Source: a virus
Taxonomy: Duplodnaviria; Heunggongvirae; Uroviricota; Caudoviricetes
Length of the DNA stretch: 15,868 nt
Virus record (IMG/VR): IMGVR_UViG_2609460059_000001
Strand: one strand, 5' to 3'
Shown: in pieces, positions 1 to 8,170 of the stretch
Layout of the letters: every line of letters starts with the position of its first letter
How positions within the stretch are numbered: position 1 is the first letter of the stretch
Program-made: the position numbers and the translations under genes
The notes under the pieces: model-generated
Told to the model about the DNA's origin: nothing
The model's database searches: none
Seen by the model: only the letters and a program-made list of their open reading frames with translations

Positions 1-5
1 ATAAC

Positions 6-194
6 GTGGATCCGAACGGTACGATTGCGGTTCAGCGTGGGATCGGGGTTATTTCGAAAGCTGCAAATTACGGAGTTATTTATATCCAGAATAACCTTCC
101 TTATGCAGAGGCTCTTGAAAACGGTCATTCACAACAAGCGCCAACTGGCGTGTATGCCAACGCTTTTCATGGTGTTTTACAGGCTTACAAATGA
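6..194 (+). CDS. 3' end of a tail-completion / head-tail joining gene, truncated by the window start
   Basis: Frame is open from the window edge to the stop at 192-194. The stop overlaps the next gene's ATG (ATGA at 191-194), a typical translational coupling. Its position directly upstream of the tail terminator gene is the basis for the call; there is no recognisable motif. Confidence 0.4.
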   Translation: MDPNGTIAVQRGIGVISKAANYGVIYIQNNLPYAEALENGHSQQAPTGVYANAFHGVLQAYK

Positions 195-583
195 CGTTTA
201 CTGAAATCAGAAATACGGTTATTTCCAGAATGACGGCACAGACGATTATTGATGGAAAAGACGTATTGTATCCGAACGGGCCAACGTTCGATCCTTCCGG
301 TAAATTAATCTGGGCGCGGTTAAGTAATATTCCCGGGCAGGCTGGAGTTAATGAAATTGGCGCGGGGCCGGTTGTTTATCGCACGGGGATAATCATTATT
401 CAGTTATTTGTCCCCGCAGGTTCTGGTTCAAAACTCATTACTGAGACAGCCGATAAATTGCGGGAACTGTTTGAGTTTCAGGATGACGATCGTCTCAGTT
501 ACCAGGCTGTTTCCTCAATAGCCGTTGGCGAAAAGAATGGCTGGTTCCAGCTTAATCTTCAAATTCCATATCGCGCGCTCTAG
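191..583 (+). CDS. tail terminator protein (gpU-like minor tail protein)
   Basis: 130 aa, the same size as lambda gpU (131 aa), and located immediately upstream of the major tail protein gene. ATG start overlaps the upstream stop. Assignment is by synteny and size; sequence similarity to lambda U is weak. Confidence 0.55.
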   Translation: MTFTEIRNTVISRMTAQTIIDGKDVLYPNGPTFDPSGKLIWARLSNIPGQAGVNEIGAGPVVYRTGIIIIQLFVPAGSGSKLITETADKLRELFEFQDDDRLSYQAVSSIAVGEKNGWFQLNLQIPYRAL

Positions 584-609
584 CGCAATTAATGACATAG
601 GAGGCTCCT

Positions 610-1572
610 GTGAGTTCAGGTGCAAAGGTTATCTCGGCATTTATCCGGGAGACAGTTGCAGGCACTACGCCAGCAAGTGGTGACTGGAGTTTATTAAAAC
701 GAACAAGCTGGGGAGTAAAACCCACCCAGAATAAAGGCGAAAATAATGAGATTGGTGGCTCCCGGATGGCTCAGGGGGCGACGCCTGGCACTGTGGATGT
801 CGGCGGTGATGTTGGTACCAAATTTCGCTGGGGTCAACATGATGATTTTCTTGCATCCTGTTTCGGCGCGGAATGGTCAGGCGATTCTCTGACAATGGGG
901 AATGAGCGAATAACATTTTCTCTGGCGACCTATGCGTCCGATGTCGGAATTGCCTCTGTCGTCAGAGGAGCGCAGGTTGGCTCATGGAAAATGCAGATCC
1001 CTAACGACGGCGATATTACAGCGACCGTAACCTTTGCCGGGCTGGACTGGGAATCAAAGGCCGATGATACGAATTTTATCAAAGGCGAACCTGTGGATAG
1101 TGCAGGAAAGCTACGTTATTCGTTTAAGGAGGTTTCAGCAGTAAGCCTGAATGGTGTTGCCGGAGGTAACGGTTTTTGTATCGACAGTTTTGATATTCAG
1201 TTCGATAACAAACTCCAGACACAGCGTTGTATCGGGACTGGCTCGCCTTATGCAGGAGCAAATATTCCGACTACTTTTACACCGTCCGGTACGGTGACGC
1301 TTTCATGGTCTAAAGCTGCGTGGGAAATCTGGAGTAAAACACTGACTGGAGAAACAGTTCCGTTCAGCTTCACGCTTTCGAATGGAGAGGGGGCATACAC
1401 TTTCAGTTTCCCGAAGGTTCAGGTGTCAGGTGAATGGCCTGATGGGGGTAATACCGACATTATCCAGGTTCAATTGAGCATTACCGCAGCAGATGAAGCA
1501 CCTACGATAACCAGAAAAAAAGCCTCCCCGGCTGCCGTGATCGCAAAAGCCAGTGCTGAGGCGATTAGTTGA
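610..1572 (+). CDS. major tail (tube) protein
   Basis: 320-aa ORF with GTG start at 610 preceded by AGGAGG (599-604). It sits between the terminator-like gene and the G/GT chaperone pair, the conserved position of the siphovirus major tail protein. Gly/Thr/Ser-rich, beta-type composition. It does not resemble my recollection of lambda V; no search was run. Confidence 0.6.
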   Translation: MSSGAKVISAFIRETVAGTTPASGDWSLLKRTSWGVKPTQNKGENNEIGGSRMAQGATPGTVDVGGDVGTKFRWGQHDDFLASCFGAEWSGDSLTMGNERITFSLATYASDVGIASVVRGAQVGSWKMQIPNDGDITATVTFAGLDWESKADDTNFIKGEPVDSAGKLRYSFKEVSAVSLNGVAGGNGFCIDSFDIQFDNKLQTQRCIGTGSPYAGANIPTTFTPSGTVTLSWSKAAWEIWSKTLTGETVPFSFTLSNGEGAYTFSFPKVQVSGEWPDGGNTDIIQVQLSITAADEAPTITRKKASPAAVIAKASAEAIS

Positions 1573-1620
1573 TTTTCCGTTATTCCCCCTGTGGTACTGC
1601 ACTACAGGGGGGCGCATTGA

Positions 1621-2082
1621 ATGAGGTTATGGATGTTTATTCTTAATCAGAAAATTATCATCGGTGGTGAACGCTGGTTTACCCCAATGAAGGACTTAAA
1701 ACCTGTAGACGGGTTAAAACTGTTGGTGGCAAGCAGCGATAACGATCAGTATCGCTCCCGTAATGCATTAATCCGTCGCCACATTGAGAAAATGGATGCC
1801 AGTTTGCACGTCGGAACGAAGGAGTTTGATATTGCAAAGGTTTCCGAGGTGGATTCTGTTGATGATTTACTCATTGATAATGCTGCTCGTTATCTGCTGA
1901 AAGACTGGAAAGGGGTTGGTGAACTGGTTGATGGTGTTGAGGTTGCACTGGAATATACGCCAGAACGAGGGATCGCGCTGCTTAAGCAGAATCCGGAGTT
2001 GTACTGGCAGATCCTTGCAGAAGCAGCCAGCATCGCCCAGGGTAAAGAGCAGCAGAAGCAGGATACGATAAAAAAGCCATAG
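1621..2082 (+). CDS. tail assembly chaperone (gpG-like)
   Basis: 153-aa acidic ORF directly upstream of the tape measure gene. It ends ...QDTIKKP* with the slippery heptamer A_AAA_AAG at 2070-2076, just before the stop (TAG 2080-2082). Confidence 0.75.
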   Translation: MRLWMFILNQKIIIGGERWFTPMKDLKPVDGLKLLVASSDNDQYRSRNALIRRHIEKMDASLHVGTKEFDIAKVSEVDSVDDLLIDNAARYLLKDWKGVGELVDGVEVALEYTPERGIALLKQNPELYWQILAEAASIAQGKEQQKQDTIKKP

Positions 2083-2390
2083 CCGCCCAGCGGTGGTTAT
2101 CGGAGTTCGGGGGAGAAAAGGGTGAAAAGGCAAGATGGAAGCGAGAAAAACTCAGGTTGCCACCGATACCGGAACCAGAAATAGACCCGGTGCTTAAGGA
2201 ATTGTTGTACGCCTATTCGGTAATATCCCGTGCCCGACGTTATGCTGGAATGACTGGGGTGCCTTTGCCTTTATCTCTGACAGAGATAAATGAATATTTA
2301 GCCACTCATCCGGTATTGATTGAGCGCGATGAATTTGAAGCAGTGATCTTTGCACTGGATGACCAGTATTTTCAGGAGCAGTGTGTGTAG
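1621..2390 (+). CDS. tail assembly chaperone G-T fusion made by programmed -1 ribosomal frameshift (joined at 2070-2076)
   Basis: The -1 frame is open from 2070 through the 77-aa ORF ending at 2390, with no stop between 2070 and 2157 (checked codon by codon). The slippery site A AAA AAG lies in the last codons of G. The predicted fusion is about 256 aa. This G/GT arrangement is conserved upstream of tape measure genes in long-tailed phages. Confidence 0.7.
2070..2076 (+). other. -1 programmed ribosomal frameshift slippery heptamer A_AAA_AAG
   Basis: Read directly from the sequence: the zero-frame codons are AAA AAG and the -1 frame reads AAA AAA. This is the same heptamer class used in E. 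coli dnaX. Confidence 0.7.
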
Positions 2391-2510
2391 TTGTTAATTA
2401 CGTACACTCTGTTACAGAGATGTGATGGTGTCTTTAATTAAATCGATGATGCTCCTGGAGAAAAGCATTGCGTGGCCTCGTAATCGCTATATCTACTATT
2501 ATGTCGCCTG

Positions 2511-2536
2511 AAACCCACTTCGGTGGGTTTTTTGTT
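2511..2536 (+). terminator. intrinsic terminator-like hairpin in the T-H intergenic gap
   Basis: AAACCCAC (2511-2518), TTCG loop, GTGGGTTT (2523-2530), followed by TTTGTTG. 8-bp stem with a UUCG tetraloop and a U-rich tail. It lies inside the tail operon, so it probably acts as a partial terminator or attenuator. Confidence 0.5.
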
Positions 2537-2553
2537 GTCAGGAGTTTTAATAA

Positions 2554-5500
2554 ATGGCAGAGCAAACCTCGCGTCTCGCAATAATTATTGATAGCACTGG
2601 AGCGAAAAATAATGCTGACAATCTGACCTCCTCATTAGTCAAAATGACGCAGGCTGGGAAAACTGCTGCAAATAGCGCAGGGAAAGTGACTAAGGCAACA
2701 GAAGATGAGAAGAACGCGCTCGCAAAATTAAAAGCAGCTATTGATCCAGTTGGTGCCGCAATTGATACTGTCGGTCGACGCTATTCTGAATTAAAGAAAT
2801 TTTTCGATAAAGGGCTTATTGATAAAGAAGAATATGAATTTCTTGTCCGTAAACTTAATGAAACCACAGAGGAATTGAGCGGGGTTGCGCAAGCGCAGAG
2901 AGAAGCCGAGAAGGCCGGAAAACTTGCTGCCGCCCAGCAGGAAGCGCAGGCTCAGGCCTTTCAAAGAATGCTGGACAAGATCGACCCTCTGGCTGCGGCG
3001 CTAAGAAATCTTGAACAACAGCAGGATGAACTTAATGCTGCGTTTGCATCCGGGAAAATAAATGGTTCTCAGTTTGAGAATTATAGCCGAAAAATACAGG
3101 AAACACGGCGAGAGCTTACCGGAGAGGCTCAGGCAGAGCGAGAAGCAGCAAAAGCGCATGATGAACAGGTTGTTGCTTTGCAACGTCTGATTGCTCAACT
3201 TGACCCTGTCGGAACTGCTTTTAACCGCCTGACAGAGCAGCAAAAGCAACTCAGCGAAGCAAAAGCCAAGGGGATGCTTTCTCCTGAAATGTATGAGGAG
3301 CTTTCAGGAAAACTTCGTGCTATGCGGAGTGAGCTTGAGGCTACTCAATCGCAACTAAGCAAAACCGGAATGTCGGCAAAACAAACGGCTTTTGCTATGC
3401 GCATGTTGCCTGCACAAATGACGGATATTGTTGTTGGGTTGTCCACTGGTCAGTCGCCATTTATGGTGTTAATGCAGCAGGGCGGCCAGCTAAAAGATAT
3501 GTTCGGTGGGATTGGCCCGGCAATCAAAGGTGTAGGTTCTTATGTGCTGGGATTAATTAATCCTTTTACCCTGGCCGCAGCAGCCGTTGGCGTCTTAGGG
3601 CTGGCTTACTATAAAGGCTCTCAGGAGCAGAACGAATTTAATAAATCTCTTATTCTTACCGGAAATCAGTTGGGGACAACCAGCGGGCAATTGGCCGATA
3701 TAGCTCAACGTGCCGGGAATGCGGCTGATTCGACAACTGGCGCTGCGGCGGCAGTATTAAACCAGCTTGTGCGTTCGGGAAAGGTAGCGAGCAGTTCGCT
3801 GGAGCAAGTGACGACAGCGATAGTAAAAACGAGCGAAGTAACAGGAATATCAACCGAACAACTGGTTAATGACTTCAATGAAATTGCAAAGGATCCTGTC
3901 AGTGCTATATCAAAACTTAATGATCAGTACCATTTTCTGACACTTGCGACTTATAACCAAATTAAGGCGCTACAGGATGAAGGGAACCAGCAGGAGGCCG
4001 CCCGCATTGCGACAGAAGCATACTCATCCTCAATGATCCAGCGCACCAACCAGATTAAAGAAAATCTTGGTTATCTTGAGACTGCATGGAAAGCTGTCGC
4101 AGACTCCGCAAAATGGGCATGGGATTCCATGCTGGATATTGGCCGTGAGGCCTCCCTTGATCAAAAAATCTCAGATGTTCTCCGTCAAATTGATGAAATA
4201 GAAAAAAATACCCGACCCGGAGTTTTCGGGTTAGGTGGCATTGGAGATGGCGGAGCTCAAAATAAAAAGCTGGCACGATTAAAGCAGCAATTGGGCGTAC
4301 TTCAAGCAGAAAAAATTGCTCAGGACGTACTAAATTCATCAATAAACGATTACAACAAGCGACAACAGGAAGGAATTGAACTCAGACAGAGAGCAGATGC
4401 TTTTTCAAAACAATATCAGACCCGGGAGCAGCAGAGAGCTAGTGAACTTGCAAAACTGGAAAAGCTAAAGAATCAGTATTCAAAGGAAGAATATAATAAT
4501 CTTATCGCTCAAATAAATGAGCGTTACGAAGATCCAAAGCAACCAAAGGCGAAAGGTTATTCGGATGATGCTGCCCAACGAATGATTGATCATCTGAATC
4601 AACAGAATGCGTTACTAAGTTCACAAGCTGAATTGACCGTTAAATTAAGTTCCTCTGAACAGGAACTGGTTAAGTGGCGTCAGCAGATTGCCGACCTGGA
4701 GTCACGACCGTCATCGAAATTAACCCAAGAGCAGAAATCACTTCTCTTACACCGGGAAGAAATAACCGCGTTGATGGAGAAAAATGTTGCGATTGAAAAA
4801 AATAACAGGCTAATCAAAGAATCCGCCGAAATAGCCGCATGGCGTGATTCATTGCAGGCTTCGATTGATAATCGTCAGCAGGGGTATGATATTCAGATTG
4901 CTGGTTATGGGGTTGGCGATAAAAATCAGCAACGCCAGCAGGAATTACTGCGGATTGAACGTGAATATAACAATCAGCGTCTGCAACTTGAACGTGACTA
5001 TGCAGATAAATCCCGTGGAATGTCAAATCATGTTTTTCAGGAGAAAATGCAGGCTCTGAATGATGCTCTGGAACGAGAAAAAGAAATTGTCAGCCAGAAA
5101 AACGAGCAGCTCGATATTCTGGCAGGAGACTGGATTAGTGGTGCCTCCCAAGGATTCAATAACTGGCTGGATGACACTAAGGATATCGGTGCGCAGATAA
5201 AATCAACCACGACTCAGATGTTTGATGGGATGACCGATGCGCTAGGTGATTTTGTCACGACAGGCAAGGCAAATTTTCGTTCTTTCGCTACTTCCGTGAT
5301 TTCGGATCTTAGTCGAATTGCATTAAAGGCTTCAATTACTGGGATTTTCGACAGCATTAGTAACAGTTCTTCTGGGGGTATTTTAGGAACTATCGGGAGT
5401 GCTATTAGTAAATTTATTCCGAATGCAAAGGGCGGTGTTTATGAGTCTCCGTCATTGAGTACATATTCGAACGGTATTTATGACTCCCCGCAATTTTTTG

Positions 5501-5787
5501 CTTTTGCAAAAGGAGCTGGTGTTTTTGGTGAGGCTGGACCGGAAGCTATTATGCCATTAACGCGAACTTCCGATGGTTCTCTTGGTGTCAGAGCTATTAA
5601 TAGTAAAAGTGGTAATGGAGGCAGAGATATTACTTATGCCCCTGTATACCAAATCACTATTCAAAATGACGGCCAGAATGGAGAGATTGGTCCTCAGGCA
5701 ATAAAAGCACTTATGGGGATGGTTGATCAGCGGGTGCAGGGCGCTCTGTTAAATATGCGACGTGATGGAGGAATGTTAAGTGGCTAA
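2554..5787 (+). CDS. tail tape measure protein (gpH-like)
   Basis: 1077 aa. The N-terminal third is coiled-coil with three ~60-aa repeats carrying IDPVGAA / IDPLAAA / LDPVGTA motifs. A hydrophobic segment follows ([13 protein letters not shown]...GVLGLAYY). The C-terminus ([32 protein letters not shown]) is of lambda H type. RBS CAGGAG is 8 nt upstream of the ATG. Confidence 0.92.
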   Translation: MAEQTSRLAIIIDSTGAKNNADNLTSSLVKMTQAGKTAANSAGKVTKATEDEKNALAKLKAAIDPVGAAIDTVGRRYSELKKFFDKGLIDKEEYEFLVRKLNETTEELSGVAQAQREAEKAGKLAAAQQEAQAQAFQRMLDKIDPLAAALRNLEQQQDELNAAFASGKINGSQFENYSRKIQETRRELTGEAQAEREAAKAHDEQVVALQRLIAQLDPVGTAFNRLTEQQKQLSEAKAKGMLSPEMYEELSGKLRAMRSELEATQSQLSKTGMSAKQTAFAMRMLPAQMTDIVVGLSTGQSPFMVLMQQGGQLKDMFGGIGPAIKGVGSYVLGLINPFTLAAAAVGVLGLAYYKGSQEQNEFNKSLILTGNQLGTTSGQLADIAQRAGNAADSTTGAAAAVLNQLVRSGKVASSSLEQVTTAIVKTSEVTGISTEQLVNDFNEIAKDPVSAISKLNDQYHFLTLATYNQIKALQDEGNQQEAARIATEAYSSSMIQRTNQIKENLGYLETAWKAVADSAKWAWDSMLDIGREASLDQKISDVLRQIDEIEKNTRPGVFGLGGIGDGGAQNKKLARLKQQLGVLQAEKIAQDVLNSSINDYNKRQQEGIELRQRADAFSKQYQTREQQRASELAKLEKLKNQYSKEEYNNLIAQINERYEDPKQPKAKGYSDDAAQRMIDHLNQQNALLSSQAELTVKLSSSEQELVKWRQQIADLESRPSSKLTQEQKSLLLHREEITALMEKNVAIEKNNRLIKESAEIAAWRDSLQASIDNRQQGYDIQIAGYGVGDKNQQRQQELLRIEREYNNQRLQLERDYADKSRGMSNHVFQEKMQALNDALEREKEIVSQKNEQLDILAGDWISGASQGFNNWLDDTKDIGAQIKSTTTQMFDGMTDALGDFVTTGKANFRSFATSVISDLSRIALKASITGIFDSISNSSSGGILGTIGSAISKFIPNAKGGVYESPSLSTYSNGIYDSPQFFAFAKGAGVFGEAGPEAIMPLTRTSDGSLGVRAINSKSGNGGRDITYAPVYQITIQNDGQNGEIGPQAIKALMGMVDQRVQGALLNMRRDGGMLSG

Positions 5788-6118
5788 TACGGAAGAATTT
5801 TACTGGTTACCAGAGGATGGAATGAAAACAGAAAATAAGCCATCGATAAAAACTGTAAGATTTGGCGATGGTTATGAACAACGAAGCCCAAACGGACTTA
5901 ATCATTCTCTGCGTGTTTTTACCTGTGATTTCAGGGTTGAGGCGAATGAACGTAATTCATTTGAACTGTTTCTGGCTCGGCATGGAGGCTATAAATCTTT
6001 TTTTTGGCGCCCGCCGGGTATTAACAGAAAAATCAGAGTGGTGTGTCGAACGTGGTCAGCGACAGAACATATCACCTATACCGATTTTTCATGTCAGTTT
6101 GACGAAGTGGTGATCTGA
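5780..6118 (+). CDS. M: minor tail protein M (lambda gpM homologue)
   Basis: Contains [17 protein letters not shown] and [12 protein letters not shown], closely matching lambda M as recalled. The GTG at 5780 has GGAGG 8 nt upstream and overlaps the H stop by 8 nt. An in-frame ATG at 5822 is an alternative start. The stop overlaps the L start (TGATG). Confidence 0.85.
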   Translation: MANTEEFYWLPEDGMKTENKPSIKTVRFGDGYEQRSPNGLNHSLRVFTCDFRVEANERNSFELFLARHGGYKSFFWRPPGINRKIRVVCRTWSATEHITYTDFSCQFDEVVI

Positions 6119-6816
6119 TGCAGGACATACGACAGGAAACACTGAATGAATGTATCCGTGCGGAGCAGTCGGCCAGCGTGGTGCTCTGGGAAATTGATCT
6201 GACAGAGGTCGGTGGGGAGCGTTACTTTTTCTGCAATGAGCAGAACGAAAAAGGTGAACCGGTTACCTGGCAGGGGCGAAAGTATCAGGCGTACCCCATT
6301 CAGGGAAGCGGCTTTGAGATGAACGGTAAGGGCAGCAGCGCACGTCCCACACTTAAGGTATCAAACCTGCACGGCATGGTCACCGGGATGGCGGAAGATC
6401 TGCAGAGTCTGGTCGGCGGAACGGTGGTCCGGCGTAAGGTTTACGCCCGTTTTCTGGATGCGGTGAACTTCGTCAACGGAAACAGCGAAGCCGATCCGGA
6501 GCAGGAGGTGATCAGCCGCTGGCGCATCGAGCAGTGCAGCGAACTGAACGCGGTTAGCGCGGCCTTTGTGCTGTCCACGCCGACGGAAACGGATGGTGCT
6601 GTTTTTCCGGGGCGCATCATGCTGGCCAACACCTGCACCTGGACCTATCGCGGTGATGAGTGCGGTTATAGCGGTCCGGCGGTCGCGGATGAATATGACC
6701 AGCCGACGTCCGATATCACGAAGGATAAATGCAGCAAATGCCTGAGTGGCTGTAAGTTCCGCAATAACGTCGGCAACTTTGGCGGCTTCCTTTCCATTAA
6801 CAAACTTTCGCAGTAA
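6118..6816 (+). CDS. L: minor tail protein L (lambda gpL homologue)
   Basis: 232 aa. The sequence [12 protein letters not shown]...CSKCLSGCKFRNNVGNFGGFLSINKLSQ is nearly identical to lambda L as recalled, including the C-terminal Cys cluster. Same length as lambda L. Confidence 0.92.
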   Translation: MQDIRQETLNECIRAEQSASVVLWEIDLTEVGGERYFFCNEQNEKGEPVTWQGRKYQAYPIQGSGFEMNGKGSSARPTLKVSNLHGMVTGMAEDLQSLVGGTVVRRKVYARFLDAVNFVNGNSEADPEQEVISRWRIEQCSELNAVSAAFVLSTPTETDGAVFPGRIMLANTCTWTYRGDECGYSGPAVADEYDQPTSDITKDKCSKCLSGCKFRNNVGNFGGFLSINKLSQ

Positions 6817-6821
6817 ATCCC

Positions 6822-7565
6822 ATGACAGAGACAGAATCAGCGATTCTGGCGCACGCCCGGCGATGTGCGCCAGCGGAGTCGTGCGGCTTCGTGGTGAGAA
6901 CGCCGGAGGGGGAAAGATATTTTCCCTGCGTGAATATTTCCGGTGAGCCGGAGGAGTATTTCCGGATGGCTCCGGAGGACTGGCTGCAGGCAGAGATGCA
7001 GGGTGAGATTGTGGCGCTGGTCCACAGCCACCCCGGTGGTCTGCCCTGGCTGAGTGAGGCCGACCGGCGGCTGCAGGTGCAGAGTGATTTGCCGTGGTGG
7101 CTGGTCTGCCGCGGGGCGATTCATAAGTTCCGCTGTGTGCCGCATCTCACCGGGCGGCGCTTTGAGCACGGGGTGACGGACTGTTACACGCTGTTCCGGG
7201 ACGCTTACCATCTGGCGGGAATTGAGATGCCGGATTTTCATCGCGGGGATGACTGGTGGCGTAACGGCCAGAATCTCTATCTTGACAATATGGAGGCGAC
7301 TCCTTTTTACCGTGCCGCACTGACAGAGGCGCAGCCGGGCGATGTGCTGCTGTGCTGCTTTGGTTCATCGGTGCCGAATCATGCCGCCATTTACTGCGGC
7401 GACGGCGAGCTGCTGCACCATATTCCTGAACAACTGAGCAAACGAGAGAGGTATACCGACAAATGGCAGCGACGCACACACTCCCTCTGGCGTCACCGGG
7501 CATGGCACGCATCTGCCTTTACGGGGATTTGCAACGATTTGGCCCCCGCATCGACCTTCGTGTGA
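6822..7565 (+). CDS. K: tail tip assembly protein K (JAMM/MPN plus NlpC/P60 domains)
   Basis: JAMM motif HSHPGGLPWLSEAD (HxHx7Sx2D) at 7023-7064 with candidate upstream Glu residues. Downstream Cys/His (DCYTLF..., HAAIYCGDGELLHH) fit an NlpC/P60 fold. The ATG at 6822 is 5 nt after the L stop. Lambda's annotated 199-aa K corresponds to the internal Met at 6966, but that start would cut into the JAMM domain, so 6822 is preferred. Confidence 0.85.
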   Translation: MTETESAILAHARRCAPAESCGFVVRTPEGERYFPCVNISGEPEEYFRMAPEDWLQAEMQGEIVALVHSHPGGLPWLSEADRRLQVQSDLPWWLVCRGAIHKFRCVPHLTGRRFEHGVTDCYTLFRDAYHLAGIEMPDFHRGDDWWRNGQNLYLDNMEATPFYRAALTEAQPGDVLLCCFGSSVPNHAAIYCGDGELLHHIPEQLSKRERYTDKWQRRTHSLWRHRAWHASAFTGICNDLAPASTFV

Positions 7566-8110
7566 AAACGGGAGCCGAAGCTATCCGGGCGCTGGCCACG
7601 CAGCTCCCGGCGTTTCGTCAGAAACTGAATGAGGGCTGGTATCAGGTGCGCATTGCCGGGCGTGATGCAGGCGAAAACGAATTATCTGCCCGTCTTAATG
7701 AGCCGCTGGCAAATGGTGCCGTGATCCACATCGTACCGCGTCTGGCGGGTGCCAAAAGTGGCGGTGTTTTTCAGGCAGTGCTGGGGGCTGCGCTGATTGC
7801 GGTGGCATGGTGGAACCCTGTGGGCTGGCTGGGTGCCGCGGCTGTATCGGGTATGTATGCGGCAGGGGCCAGTATGATCCTGGGCGGTGTGGCGCAGATG
7901 CTGGCACCGAAAGCCAGAACTCCCCGCACACAGACAACGGATAACGGCAAACAGAACACGTATTTCTCCTCACTGGATAACATGGTTGCCCAGGGGAATG
8001 TTCTGCCCGTTCTGTACGGTGAAATGCGCGTGGGGTCACGCGTGGTATCTCAGGAGATCAGCACGGCAGACGAAGGGGATGGTGGTCAGGTTGTGGTGAT
8101 TGGTCGATGA
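7463..8110 (+). CDS. I: tail tip assembly protein I (lambda gpI homologue)
   Basis: 215 aa beginning MAATHTLPLASPGMARICLYGDLQRFG and ending NVLPVLYGEMRVGSRVVSQEISTADEGDGGQVVVIGR, lambda I-like. It overlaps the 3' end of K by 103 nt in a different frame, the same arrangement I recall for lambda. Confidence 0.85.
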   Translation: MAATHTLPLASPGMARICLYGDLQRFGPRIDLRVKTGAEAIRALATQLPAFRQKLNEGWYQVRIAGRDAGENELSARLNEPLANGAVIHIVPRLAGAKSGGVFQAVLGAALIAVAWWNPVGWLGAAAVSGMYAAGASMILGGVAQMLAPKARTPRTQTTDNGKQNTYFSSLDNMVAQGNVLPVLYGEMRVGSRVVSQEISTADEGDGGQVVVIGR

Positions 8111-8128
8111 TGCAAAATATTTTATGTG

Positions 8129-8152
8129 AAACCGCCTCCGGGCGGTTTTGTC
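8129..8152 (+). terminator. terminator-like hairpin in the I-J intergenic gap
   Basis: GAAACCGCC, TCCG loop, GGCGGTTT, then TGTCGTTT. GC-rich stem with a U-rich tail, 20 nt upstream of the J start. Possible attenuator. Confidence 0.4.
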
Positions 8153-8170
8153 GTTTATGGAGCATGACGA

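Noticed and set aside
2425-2511. 29-codon small ORF in the T-H intergenic gap
   Set aside because: There is no Shine-Dalgarno sequence, and it ends inside the terminator-like hairpin. Most likely not translated; the region is treated as non-coding regulatory sequence.
5862-6113. 83-aa ORF in an alternative frame overlapping M, plus other short antisense ORFs (665-916, 3001-3249, 3656-3853, 4055-4342, 4814-5059, 6441-6638, 6837-7241, 7147-7512, 7695-8099)
   Set aside because: All lie wholly within well-supported genes, lack RBSs and have low-complexity or hydrophobic translations. They are six-frame translation noise.
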